This document shows, piece after piece, positions 47,902 through 56,748 of a DNA stretch of 64,000 nucleotides (positions within the stretch are counted from its first letter, which is position 1; every line of letters starts with the position of its first letter). Source of the stretch: Candidatus Babeliales bacterium (GTDB lineage: Bacteria; Babelota; Babeliae; Babelales; JANWKD01); the NCBI GenBank assembly GCA_963701665.1, contig OY969622.1, positions 384,001 to 448,000 of the forward strand. The letters are read 5' to 3'. Position numbers and translations under genes: made by a program. The notes beneath the pieces were generated by a model that was given only the letters and a program-made list of their open reading frames with translations, made no database searches and was not told the DNA's origin.

Positions 47902-49221
47902 ATGAATATTTCTCTTCTTACGGTCTTTCCTCAGCTTTATGATGTTTTTCTTAAGACCAGTCTGATGCAACGAGCGCAAGAAAAGAATATTGTTCGGTAT
48001 GATGTCGATACCTTTTTTTCGTTCGTTCAGCCAAAAGAACGCATTGATGCGCCTACCTTTGGGCATGCCGCTGGCATGCTCATAAAGCCGGAGGTTGTGC
48101 AAAAAGCAGTTGAGGCTAAAGAGGCCGCTTATGGCAAAGCCTATAAAATTTTCTTTTCCCCCCAAGGCAAAAAGCTTACCCAAGATCTCCTGAAAACTAT
48201 CATTGAAAAAGCACAAAAAACGGAGCATCTCATGCTCATCGCAGGACGTTATGAAGGCATGGATGCACGCGTTGAAGAAGTGTATGCTGATGAACTTATT
48301 TCAATGGGTGATTTTGTGCTCCTATCGGGAGATTTGCCAGCCATGATGATGCTTGAAGGATTAGTGCGCTTGCTTCCTGGCGTTGTTGGTAAACAAGAAT
48401 CTGTTGAGCGCGAATCTTTTTCCGGTCCTTTCGTCGACCATCCGGAATATACCGTGCCGGTAACATGGCAAGGACTTGAAGTGCCGGAGATAATACGATC
48501 TGGCAATCATGCCGCGATTAAAAAATGGCAAGAAGAAGCCGCTGCTCAAAACACCGTAAAAGATCATTTTACGTGGCTTTCATCGTGTCTGCTTACGACA
48601 TCACAAAAAAAATTAGCACGGAACTATATTCCGGCTCATTATTGTGCCCTCATGCATGATCAGGTTCTTTTACCACAAAATCAGGTAGGTACAACCTCAG
48701 TTACTTCCCTCGATATCCATGATATTGCGCGCTCAGCCTGCACCTTTGGTATTTTGAACTATTTTATTGTTACCCCATTGCTAGATCAACAACGCATTGT
48801 CGAGCGCCTGCTTGAATTTTGGAAGACAGGCGAGGGCGTTGATTATAATCATCATCGGCATCAGGCTGTAAGGAATGTAGAATTGGCTGACTCACTCGCT
48901 CAGGTTATTGCTGCTATTGAGGCAAAAGAAGGCAAAAAACCGCTTCTTGTTGCAACATCCGCGCGCTATCATGATGAGCAGTTTGGTAACAAAATAATTA
49001 CCTATTTCCAGCAGGATCGTGTGTGGGAATCCGATCGGCCTGTATTGCTTTTGTTTGGAACGGGCCATGGCCTTGCGCCGGAAGTAGTCGAACGCTGCGA
49101 CTTTTTATTGACCCCGCTAGAGGGATTCTCTGATTTTAACCATTTATCGGTACGCTCGGCGGTGGCAATAATTTTGGATCGCTGGCTCGGTATTAACCCA
49201 CGAATAATTCAGAAACAATGA
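47902..49221 (+). CDS. trmD: tRNA (guanine37-N1)-methyltransferase TrmD fused to a C-terminal second SPOUT methyltransferase domain
   Basis: GRYEGMDAR, SMGDFVL, HPEYT, SGNH; then LDIHDIARS...FGTGHGL...FNHLSVRSA. Confidence 0.9.
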   Translation: MNISLLTVFPQLYDVFLKTSLMQRAQEKNIVRYDVDTFFSFVQPKERIDAPTFGHAAGMLIKPEVVQKAVEAKEAAYGKAYKIFFSPQGKKLTQDLLKTIIEKAQKTEHLMLIAGRYEGMDARVEEVYADELISMGDFVLLSGDLPAMMMLEGLVRLLPGVVGKQESVERESFSGPFVDHPEYTVPVTWQGLEVPEIIRSGNHAAIKKWQEEAAAQNTVKDHFTWLSSCLLTTSQKKLARNYIPAHYCALMHDQVLLPQNQVGTTSVTSLDIHDIARSACTFGILNYFIVTPLLDQQRIVERLLEFWKTGEGVDYNHHRHQAVRNVELADSLAQVIAAIEAKEGKKPLLVATSARYHDEQFGNKIITYFQQDRVWESDRPVLLLFGTGHGLAPEVVERCDFLLTPLEGFSDFNHLSVRSAVAIILDRWLGINPRIIQKQ

Positions 49222-49318
49222 ACATTGGCAGAGTAACATTTTTTTTGTATACTTGAGCGTATATACAGCCAAAATACAGGTTTTCTGCTTGAAAAATGAA
49301 CTATAAGGAATACTTTTC

Positions 49319-49714
49319 ATGAAAGCTAAAAAATTTACCAAAGAAACCATTCTATCATACGGTACCCAAGATCGTAAGTTTCCTGCATTAGCCATCGGCG
49401 ATGTGGTTATTGTTGAACAAAAAATAAAAGAAGGCGATAAAGAACGTCTTCAAGCCTTTGAAGGTGCTATTATTGCGATGAATAACAATGGCGTTGCAAG
49501 CACTATCACGGTAAGAAAAATTGGGGCAAATGCCGTTGCAATTGAAAAAATATTCCCTTATTATTCCCCTCGTATCGCTTCTATCAAAATTGTCCGTTCT
49601 GGACGCGTGCGTCGTGCAAAATTATACTACTTGCGTGGGCGTGTTGGACGTGCAGCTCATGTCGAGCGCAAAAAATTATTAGGCGCAGCAGCAGAAGCTC
49701 AACAAGTTCGATAA
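49319..49714 (+). CDS. rplS: 50S ribosomal protein L19
   Basis: KERLQAFEG, VRRAKLYYLR. Confidence 0.97.
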   Translation: MKAKKFTKETILSYGTQDRKFPALAIGDVVIVEQKIKEGDKERLQAFEGAIIAMNNNGVASTITVRKIGANAVAIEKIFPYYSPRIASIKIVRSGRVRRAKLYYLRGRVGRAAHVERKKLLGAAAEAQQVR

Positions 49715-49727
49715 GTTGTTTGCATAC

Positions 49728-50162
49728 ATGTGTGAAAAAAGATTTTTTTTCACCTTTGCGCTCGTTTTTTTTGTGCTTATTTTAGCAGGATGTAAAAGAA
49801 CACAGCAGCATGATGTAGTAGAATCTTTGCCTGTTCTCAAACAAGAGTTTGTTGAAGCGCGTCTCCATGATGTGCCGCTTTTATTGCGCGCGACAAATCT
49901 TTGTATGTTACATAATCAGCAAGATGGTGATGCTATTATCCTGAAATATACGTCATATTTTTCTTTAGCTGATGCGGTGATCTTCTATGAAGAACATATG
50001 GAGCGTTTTGGCTGGCATAAATTAGCATGTTTTGAAAGTGGCCAAGAAGTTTTACTCAACTATGAAAAGCCTCAAAAGTATTGCTCTATCTCGTTGCGCA
50101 TTCAGCAGAATGATGTGTGTGTTGTGATCTATTCGGCACCAAAAACATTAGACTATTCATAA
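49728..50162 (+). CDS. Hypothetical lipoprotein
   Basis: Hydrophobic segment followed by LAGC lipobox. Confidence 0.7.
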   Translation: MCEKRFFFTFALVFFVLILAGCKRTQQHDVVESLPVLKQEFVEARLHDVPLLLRATNLCMLHNQQDGDAIILKYTSYFSLADAVIFYEEHMERFGWHKLACFESGQEVLLNYEKPQKYCSISLRIQQNDVCVVIYSAPKTLDYS

Positions 50163-50221
50163 TCTTGATGATCTCATTGCAAGTATAGTACGTTAAATAG
50201 TAACTAACGCGAACGCAAGGA

Positions 50222-50321
50222 TGTCATCCCGAGGCGTTAGCCGTGGGGATCCAAACTTTAATTAATTCCTTAAAGGAACTAATTTTATAATTGGATTGCC
50301 ACGCATTCGCTCGCAATGACA
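50222..50321. repeat. REP-like inverted dimer (family A)
   Basis: tgtcatcccgaggcgttagccgtggggatcca ... tggattgccacgcattcgctcgcaatgaca. Confidence 0.88.
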
Positions 50322-50376
50322 ACTTTTGTTTCCAATATCATTTCCTGCGGCATAGTAACATCGAAAAAAAGGGATT

Positions 50377-50613
50377 GTGATGAAAATTAAAAAAATGCTT
50401 CTAGTATCGTTTCTTTTTTATGCGCCACTTATTGCTATGCAACCACAACAAAAGCAGAAACAGATTTCAAACTACTATCAAAATGTGGAAGATTATTTTC
50501 ATGGACTGCCAGGCAGCAGTAAGAATGCAAGCAAAACAACTAAAATATGTATTATAATAACTGAGTGTGATCAAAAATTAAAAGAATCAAAGAAGAAAAA
50601 GCCAGGTTCTTGA
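50377..50613 (+). CDS. Small hypothetical secreted protein
   Basis: Signal peptide LIA|MQP. Confidence 0.55.
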   Translation: MMKIKKMLLVSFLFYAPLIAMQPQQKQKQISNYYQNVEDYFHGLPGSSKNASKTTKICIIITECDQKLKESKKKKPGS

Positions 50614-50617
50614 GCTT

Positions 50618-51049
50618 TTATTTTTTAGATTCAAGCTCTAATTTTTTTGCCTCAATTTCAAGCCTTTTAGCCTCGTTCTTTGCTTCTTGTTCACGCAATT
50701 CTAATTCACGCATTTTAATTTCAGTTGCTTTTTCTTGTTCGGCTGCTTGTGCGCTTTGACGAGTGCGTTGTTTTTTCATTGGTCTATATTCTTCTTCATA
50801 ATCGCATTCTTGTCGTTTTCGCTTATTGCTGCGCGGTCTTTCTATATAGCGGGTTTCTGGTACTTTAATATAACGAACCTCCGAGGGTTGTTGATAAACG
50901 GGCTGTTGTCGAGGGGCAGTTAAGGCACTGCCAACAAGACTGCCCGTGAATCCTCCCGCAAAACTACCGCCAAAATTGCTGCCACCTGCGTATACGCTTG
51001 AAACCGCTAAAAAGCTTAGTATTAAAGCTATTTTTTGATACATCTTCAT
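50618..51049 (-). CDS. Hypothetical secreted protein with glycine-zipper-like segment and coiled coil
   Basis: Signal peptide; GGSFAGGFTGSLVG; KRKR. Confidence 0.7.
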   Translation of the reverse strand: MKMYQKIALILSFLAVSSVYAGGSNFGGSFAGGFTGSLVGSALTAPRQQPVYQQPSEVRYIKVPETRYIERPRSNKRKRQECDYEEEYRPMKKQRTRQSAQAAEQEKATEIKMRELELREQEAKNEAKRLEIEAKKLELESKK

Positions 51050-51295
51050 ACCAAAAACTCCTTATTTGTCATGTTCTTCTAAATAATTTTTATGTAGTAT
51101 AAGTTTATTAAAATTCAAATAGAAAAGTCAATAATGCTAAAAAATATACGAGAGCTGATTTTAAGCCTATTTGCGAGGTAATAATTGCAAATTAGTAAAT
51201 AGTGATTATATAAAAATTCCATTAATTGAAAGATATGGTATAAATGCTATACTTTTTAATAAGTCACTTACTAAGCGAAATGGAAGGCAAGCTCG

Positions 51296-51745
51296 ATGAA
51301 TTTTAAAAAAATAACCTTTTTGAGTCTATTATTATTTCCGATCATTTCATTTGCAGGTTTTGAAGAAATTCATGGACAACTAATTTGTATTTCTTATGAA
51401 GGTCTTCGTAATGAGATTAATGATTTCAAAAGGGAAGTTGAAGGAAAGTTGCATTTAAGTCAAACAGTAGCATTGTTCCAAGCTTCAATGAGTAAAGATG
51501 ATATTATGAAAAAATTGCCCTGCAATCGTACCTATACGATTTTACATTATTATAACGATATTAGGGATTATCAAGCTACAGCCGAACGAATAGTAACATT
51601 TTTAAAGAATGAGCGGGCTTTTCCAACTTTTACTATTAACATGGAGGAAACAGTTGAGAACCTGACGACTCTGGATGCTGCGATATGGAAACTTTTTTTT
51701 GAAGAACTTTGTGAATTAAATGAAAGAAAAATGAATGGAATTTAA
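51296..51745 (+). CDS. Hypothetical secreted protein
   Basis: Signal peptide; first of four closely linked ORFs. Confidence 0.6.
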   Translation: MNFKKITFLSLLLFPIISFAGFEEIHGQLICISYEGLRNEINDFKREVEGKLHLSQTVALFQASMSKDDIMKKLPCNRTYTILHYYNDIRDYQATAERIVTFLKNERAFPTFTINMEETVENLTTLDAAIWKLFFEELCELNERKMNGI

Positions 51746-52352
51746 AAAATTAATTTTAGCAATCTTAGTAATTTCAATGTCTGCACAGTCAGTTGCTTTT
51801 GCTTTTGATATTAAAACAGAAGCGCAGAAATGCTTGGATTATTTACCAAAAAGTCCAGAAGCCAAGGTTGGATGTGCGTTAGGTGCATTCGGATTGGCAG
51901 TCGGTAGCGCTATTAGCTATTGTATATACAAAGAGTGTCAAAAAAAGAAAGCAGAAAAAGATTTTTGGAATAAAAAATCTGACTCAAAAATTGTAAAATT
52001 AGCTGCAGTTTTTATGCAAGATGTTGAAGATCGTTTGGCATCGCAGTTAGAAAAGCTACGTGGCTCTTCCCCTTGCATTAAAGCTAATTTGGCGACGTTA
52101 CAGTATGTGTGCGATCAGATTGAAACATGCCAAACTTGGCTAGAGCGTTTAACAAAAAGATCGCTTTTTGCGTGTGCCCAAAGAGTGAAAGATTTAGAAT
52201 CTGATCTTAAACAATTGAGAAACGAGATGGATATTTTCGTGAATAATGATTTTATTAAGCAATTCGAAACTCTATCTAATAAAGTACGTAATCAGCCTCC
52301 TGTCATTATTGCGTTTCCACCGTATCCCTATGGATACAATTATTGCTACTAA
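51735..52352 (+). CDS. Hypothetical secreted/membrane protein
   Basis: Signal peptide, one hydrophobic helix, coiled coil. Confidence 0.6.
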   Translation: MEFKKLILAILVISMSAQSVAFAFDIKTEAQKCLDYLPKSPEAKVGCALGAFGLAVGSAISYCIYKECQKKKAEKDFWNKKSDSKIVKLAAVFMQDVEDRLASQLEKLRGSSPCIKANLATLQYVCDQIETCQTWLERLTKRSLFACAQRVKDLESDLKQLRNEMDIFVNNDFIKQFETLSNKVRNQPPVIIAFPPYPYGYNYCY

Positions 52353-52365
52353 GTTAGGAACATTT

Positions 52366-52776
52366 ATGATCTTTAAAAAATTTTTCTTGTTGTTTTCAAT
52401 CATGTCATGTGCAGTAGCATTTTCTAATAATGATGAAAAGCAGACTCGCTGGTATCACAAGAGTGATAAAGAAATTATTCAGATGCTTGAGGAAATTAAC
52501 ATAGCTCCCGAATTTAATCCGGCTATTTTATTAATGCGTATTAAAAATGCACAAAATAAAGAACAGGGGATCCGCGAAATACTTACTGAAATGAATTGTA
52601 ACATTGGTGAATATAGACATTTTATAGCAGATTGTTTTTGGAATTGCTGCGAAATTTGGGAAGTATTAACTGATAAAAATCTTCTTAATACTGCTGCGGG
52701 GTCTAAAATAACAGAACTCATGAGAAATTTTTATACGTTAGAACATGAATTGAAAACGTATGAACATGAACAATAA
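52366..52776 (+). CDS. Hypothetical secreted protein
   Basis: Start MIFKKFFLL after agga RBS; signal peptide. Confidence 0.6.
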   Translation: MIFKKFFLLFSIMSCAVAFSNNDEKQTRWYHKSDKEIIQMLEEINIAPEFNPAILLMRIKNAQNKEQGIREILTEMNCNIGEYRHFIADCFWNCCEIWEVLTDKNLLNTAAGSKITELMRNFYTLEHELKTYEHEQ

Positions 52777-53263
52777 AAAATACTTTATATTTGCGGTATT
52801 TCTTTTCTATGCTGTACCGATTTTCTCAAAAGTTACTTTTGAAAAGTCTGTATATGCAACTGCTGCTTATGATGATCACGAGGAATGGACTACTATCATC
52901 ATCATATTAGATGATGATAGAATTGGGTATATTACCTATGCCATTGATCGGTATGATGTAGCTGGTAACATTATCCCGCGTGAACAGTATGCAAAAGCAA
53001 CGAGTGCGCAGTGCACTGCATATATTAAATTCATTCTTATTGATGATAACTATCAAAAACAAGGTTTTGGAAAAAAATTGATCCTTGAAGCATTCAAAGA
53101 TATGAAAAGTAAGAAATGCACCTTAGTAACGCTCTTATCAAAAGGTGCAGCAATAGGATTTTACAAAAAAATAGGATTTACTACTGACGCACAAGAGGTG
53201 AAGCTTTTTATGGAGCTCTTTCATAGAAATGATTATATGCCAATGCGGTATGCCTTCAAATAA
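52760..53263 (+). CDS. GNAT acetyltransferase with signal peptide
   Basis: IDDNYQKQGFGKKLI acetyl-CoA motif A; AIGFYKKIGF. Confidence 0.85.
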   Translation: MNMNNKKYFIFAVFLFYAVPIFSKVTFEKSVYATAAYDDHEEWTTIIIILDDDRIGYITYAIDRYDVAGNIIPREQYAKATSAQCTAYIKFILIDDNYQKQGFGKKLILEAFKDMKSKKCTLVTLLSKGAAIGFYKKIGFTTDAQEVKLFMELFHRNDYMPMRYAFK

Positions 53264-53291
53264 CAGTTTCTCGCCGCTATATAGTAATTAG

Positions 53292-53324
53292 AAAATAGCG
53301 ATGCAAAAAATGCATCGCTATTTT
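53292..53324. terminator. Bidirectional terminator hairpin between convergent GNAT and murC
   Basis: aaaatagcgatgca aaaaa tgcatcgctatttt. Confidence 0.7.
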
Positions 53325-54718
53325 TTTTGTTGCGTTAATACGTGCGCGCATTTATATACATTCCCAGCTCCTTGAAATAAGATCAAATCATCTGGTGCAA
53401 CGATTGCATCAAGATTTCGTTTCAATAATGAAAAATGTTCTTCATAAGGAACATAGGTAACTGAAAACCGTGGATGCCGTTTTTGAATCGCTTTTGCTAA
53501 ATTATGCGCGGTAATTTCTGGCAGCGGTGATTCACTCGCTGCATAAATATCAGTAATAATGAGATGATCAATGGGACTTTGAACGAGTGTATCGATAAAA
53601 AGATCCCACAAAGCGTACGTTCGCGTAAAGCGGTGAGGTTGAAAAACGACCGTAAGTTTTCCGGACGCGCGTTTGCGATGGAAGGCAACTTCGAGGGTAT
53701 TCTTAATTTCTTCCGGATGATGCCCATAGTCGTTGAAAATCTCTGCACCTTTATAGATGCCATTAAAACTGAAACGGCGTTCAACACCTTTGAAATTTGC
53801 TAATGCTTGTTTGATATCGGCAAATGGAATTTCAAGTTCTAAGCATACTGCAAGCGCAGCAAGCGCATTCTGCACATTGTGATTACCCGGCATGGGAATC
53901 GTGAGCTTTCCGAGCATCTGTTGCTGATAATATACGCAGCAGGTGGATTGATGTGGCTCTAACACAACATTGTTTGCCCGTATATCGGCTGCTGCATCCA
54001 ATCCGTATTTTACGATTTTTAAATGAGAGAGTGGTAATAGGGATCGTACATTTGCATTATCGATGCAGAGAAATGCTTTACCGTAAAAAGGAATGTTGTT
54101 GAGAAAGTGCTTAAAAGTATTTTTGATGTCATCGACATCACGATACACATCAAGATGTTCAGGGCTAATATTAGTAACCACGGCAAGTGTTGCTTGCAAA
54201 TGTACTAATGATTTGTCACTCTCATCTGCTTCAGCAACTAAAAAATCACCTGAACCAAATTGTGCATTGGTTGAAATAGTTTTTAAATGTCCGCCAATAA
54301 TAACGGTCGGATCTTTTTTAGTTTCGATAAGAATATGTGAGATAAGTGATGTGGTTGTTGTTTTACCATGGCTGCCAGCGATCGCAATGCTATATTTTGT
54401 GCGCATAAGTTCAGCTAACATCAATGCGCGCGGAATGGTAGGGATGGCACGCGCTTGTGCCGCACGTATTTCAGGGTTGTGCGCGTGAATGGCTGAAGAA
54501 TATACCACAATATCGATGCTTTCATCATGGCAAGAAGGGGTATTGTTTCCTTCATAAATTGCGCATCCAAGATTTTTTAAATCATGAATACTTTTTTGAT
54601 CGAGATCAATATCGCATCCTGAAATGGTATAGCCTTGATAGCGCAGAATTTTTGCAATGCCGCTCATGCCAATGCCGCCGATACCAACAAAATGAAGATG
54701 CACTTTTTTTCTATACAT
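53318..54718 (-). CDS. murC: UDP-N-acetylmuramate--L-alanine ligase
   Basis: HFVGIGGIGMSGIA, GSHGKTTT, EADESD, DYGHHPEE, FQPHR. Confidence 0.97.
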   Translation of the reverse strand: MYRKKVHLHFVGIGGIGMSGIAKILRYQGYTISGCDIDLDQKSIHDLKNLGCAIYEGNNTPSCHDESIDIVVYSSAIHAHNPEIRAAQARAIPTIPRALMLAELMRTKYSIAIAGSHGKTTTTSLISHILIETKKDPTVIIGGHLKTISTNAQFGSGDFLVAEADESDKSLVHLQATLAVVTNISPEHLDVYRDVDDIKNTFKHFLNNIPFYGKAFLCIDNANVRSLLPLSHLKIVKYGLDAAADIRANNVVLEPHQSTCCVYYQQQMLGKLTIPMPGNHNVQNALAALAVCLELEIPFADIKQALANFKGVERRFSFNGIYKGAEIFNDYGHHPEEIKNTLEVAFHRKRASGKLTVVFQPHRFTRTYALWDLFIDTLVQSPIDHLIITDIYAASESPLPEITAHNLAKAIQKRHPRFSVTYVPYEEHFSLLKRNLDAIVAPDDLILFQGAGNVYKCAHVLTQQKK

Positions 54719-54974
54719 ACATGATTCCCAATTTTTATTTACAGATTAGTTGTTATAAAATAACAAAAATGTTTCTGTTCTACAAACTGACAACAATACT
54801 ATAGAGGTTGATTAGCTGAGAGAATCCATAGAAATATCCAGTGCGCATGGAAATATGCTTAGGGAAATGTTGTCATTCTGAGACAACGAAGTTGTCGTAG
54901 GAATCCAATCTGATAAGGATTTTCATTTTAAAGACTGGATCCCTACGTCGCTATGCTCCTTGTATGTTAAAACA

Positions 54975-55182
54975 AAAAGCATTTAAGAGTAAATTGTGAT
55001 AATTTAAGAATGAAATATTGTTTAATATCGGTTGTTTGAGAAAAGCTGATAGATCTCGTCACGCTCCTGGTTTAGAAGAACCGTTCCTGAGTTTGAGACT
55101 ATCAGCTTACACAAAATTACCTCGAACAATCACTAGAGACGTATTAGGTATACGATCTCGTATGTTTACAAGGCTGAGGTAT
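54975..55182 (+). ncRNA. IS110 bridge RNA (target-binding loop 55043-55108; donor-binding loop 55118-55181); 5' end approximate
   Basis: Two stem/internal-loop domains with guides acgctcct and tcctgag (target), acaatcact and tacaag (donor junction). Confidence 0.85.
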
Positions 55183-55184
55183 TT

Positions 55185-56126
55185 ATGAAAAACATAGCAG
55201 AAGTATATGTAGGTGTCGATATTTCAAAAAATAATCTCGATATTTATGTGTATCCTATAGGAAAATTCTTTAAAGTAGCTAACTCAGAAGTTGGCATACA
55301 GAACATAATCAAGGAATTAGCTCACTATCAAGTTACACAAATTGCCTGTGAAGCAACAGGTGGCTATGAACAATTACTTGCCCAATTACTCAAAAAGAAC
55401 CGATATTCACTTTGGATCGTTGATCCACGAAGGATAAAAGCTTTTATTATAGCTACTGGCTGTAAAAGTAAAACCGATAAAATTGATGCTAAAAAAATTG
55501 CTGAATTCGCTTCTAAAAATTCTCCTAGTTACGAGATTGTTAACAAAAGTGAGAATCAGCATAAACTACAAGCTCTAGTTAACCGTAAAAATGATTTAGT
55601 AAAATTTTTAGCTGCTGAGAAAACACGACTTAAACATCCTTCTCACGTATTATATGTTCCTGATATAAAAAGATTTATTGCACTCTTAGAAAGTGAAATT
55701 AAATCAATTGAGTCTCGAATACAGGATTTAGTCAAAGATGATGAAGAGTTACATACAAAATCAAACATTTTGGAATCAATCCCAGGAATCGGTAAAGCTA
55801 CAGCTGCAACATTACTTTCTTTTGTCCCTGAGCTTGGGCAGTTAAGCGACAAAAAAATATCCGCTCTAATTGGTGTCTGTCCTTATGACAATGAAAGCGG
55901 CAATTACAAAGGCAAAAAATTTATTAAGCATGGCAGGCATATTCCTCGTAAAGCACTTTATATGTGTGCATTGACCACGGTAAAGCACCATCTTCCTTTA
56001 AGGGAATTTTACCAGCGATTAATGGATGCTAAAAAACCTTTTAAAGTAGCTATCGTTGCTATTATGCATAAGCTCATTATAATTGCCAATGCTCTATTAA
56101 AAAGGGGCGAGTTATGTAGAGCTTGA
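55185..56126 (+). CDS. IS110-family DEDD recombinase/transposase
   Basis: GVDISK, CEATGGYE, KTDKIDA (DEDD RuvC-like); SIPGIG; ESG putative catalytic Ser; intact 313-aa ORF. Confidence 0.96.
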   Translation: MKNIAEVYVGVDISKNNLDIYVYPIGKFFKVANSEVGIQNIIKELAHYQVTQIACEATGGYEQLLAQLLKKNRYSLWIVDPRRIKAFIIATGCKSKTDKIDAKKIAEFASKNSPSYEIVNKSENQHKLQALVNRKNDLVKFLAAEKTRLKHPSHVLYVPDIKRFIALLESEIKSIESRIQDLVKDDEELHTKSNILESIPGIGKATAATLLSFVPELGQLSDKKISALIGVCPYDNESGNYKGKKFIKHGRHIPRKALYMCALTTVKHHLPLREFYQRLMDAKKPFKVAIVAIMHKLIIIANALLKRGELCRA

Positions 56127-56229
56127 CTATAAAAATATTTGACTTTTAACACAATCACTCAGGATGACATCCACCAGTTTAAAATGTTACTTTGCTAATG
56201 CTTATGCTCACTATGGGCAGATACATTAC

Positions 56230-56586
56230 TTACAGTAATTCGCGTATTTTTAATAATTTTTGTCGGAGTTCAATAAGTTGTTCAACGGATACTGAAAGCA
56301 CGTTTGTTTGGTTTGACTCCATCGTAGTTTTTGAAGCGAACAAAGCGTGATTTTTTCCCAATTTTAATGCCTCTTTTGCACCCGCTATGGTAAACTTTTT
56401 TTCATAGAGAAGTTCTTTAATCTTACTGAACGTTTTTAGATCTTTTTCTTGATAGAAGCGCTGGCCACCTTCTGAGCGCGAAGAATGTACATTGAATTCT
56501 TTCTCCCAGAAGCGAATTACAAAGCGTTCAACGTTGAGGTGTTGTGCAAGTTCTCCAATACGAAATTGTCGTTTGTTCATTTTCAT
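56230..56586 (-). CDS. MerR-family HTH transcriptional regulator
   Basis: FRIGELA..VIRFWEKEF..GGQRFY..FTIAGAK. Confidence 0.9.
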   Translation of the reverse strand: MKMNKRQFRIGELAQHLNVERFVIRFWEKEFNVHSSRSEGGQRFYQEKDLKTFSKIKELLYEKKFTIAGAKEALKLGKNHALFASKTTMESNQTNVLSVSVEQLIELRQKLLKIRELL

Positions 56587-56748
56587 AAATACTCTTCCTT
56601 TTTTAAAAGACCTTGTTTTTTTATATAGCTCAAAATTTAAGTTTTGTATATAAAGATCATCCTTTTGCACTGGATCAAACAGGGAATCTTTGCTATTCTA
56701 ACTATACTTTGTTTTTCATCCCCGCTATTTTCACTCATAAGGATTTAT

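Larger units (their letters stand above)
54961..56159 (+). mobile_element. IS110-family insertion sequence, 1199 bp, CT core at both junctions
   Basis: Boundaries defined by the interrupted REP; CT at 54959-60 and 56158-59; long left end, short right end; subterminal IR tgttaaaa (54965) / ttttaaca (56144). Confidence 0.93.
54871..56169. repeat. REP-like inverted dimer (family A) interrupted by IS110
   Basis: 54871-54960 joined to 56160-56169 restores ggatccctacgtcgctatgctcCTcaggatgaca; compare intact arm 45357-45390. Confidence 0.9.

Noticed and set aside
54959..56159. CT at both IS ends as a classical target-site duplication
   Set aside because: Better explained as the shared recombination core of donor and target, since CT is present in both guide loops
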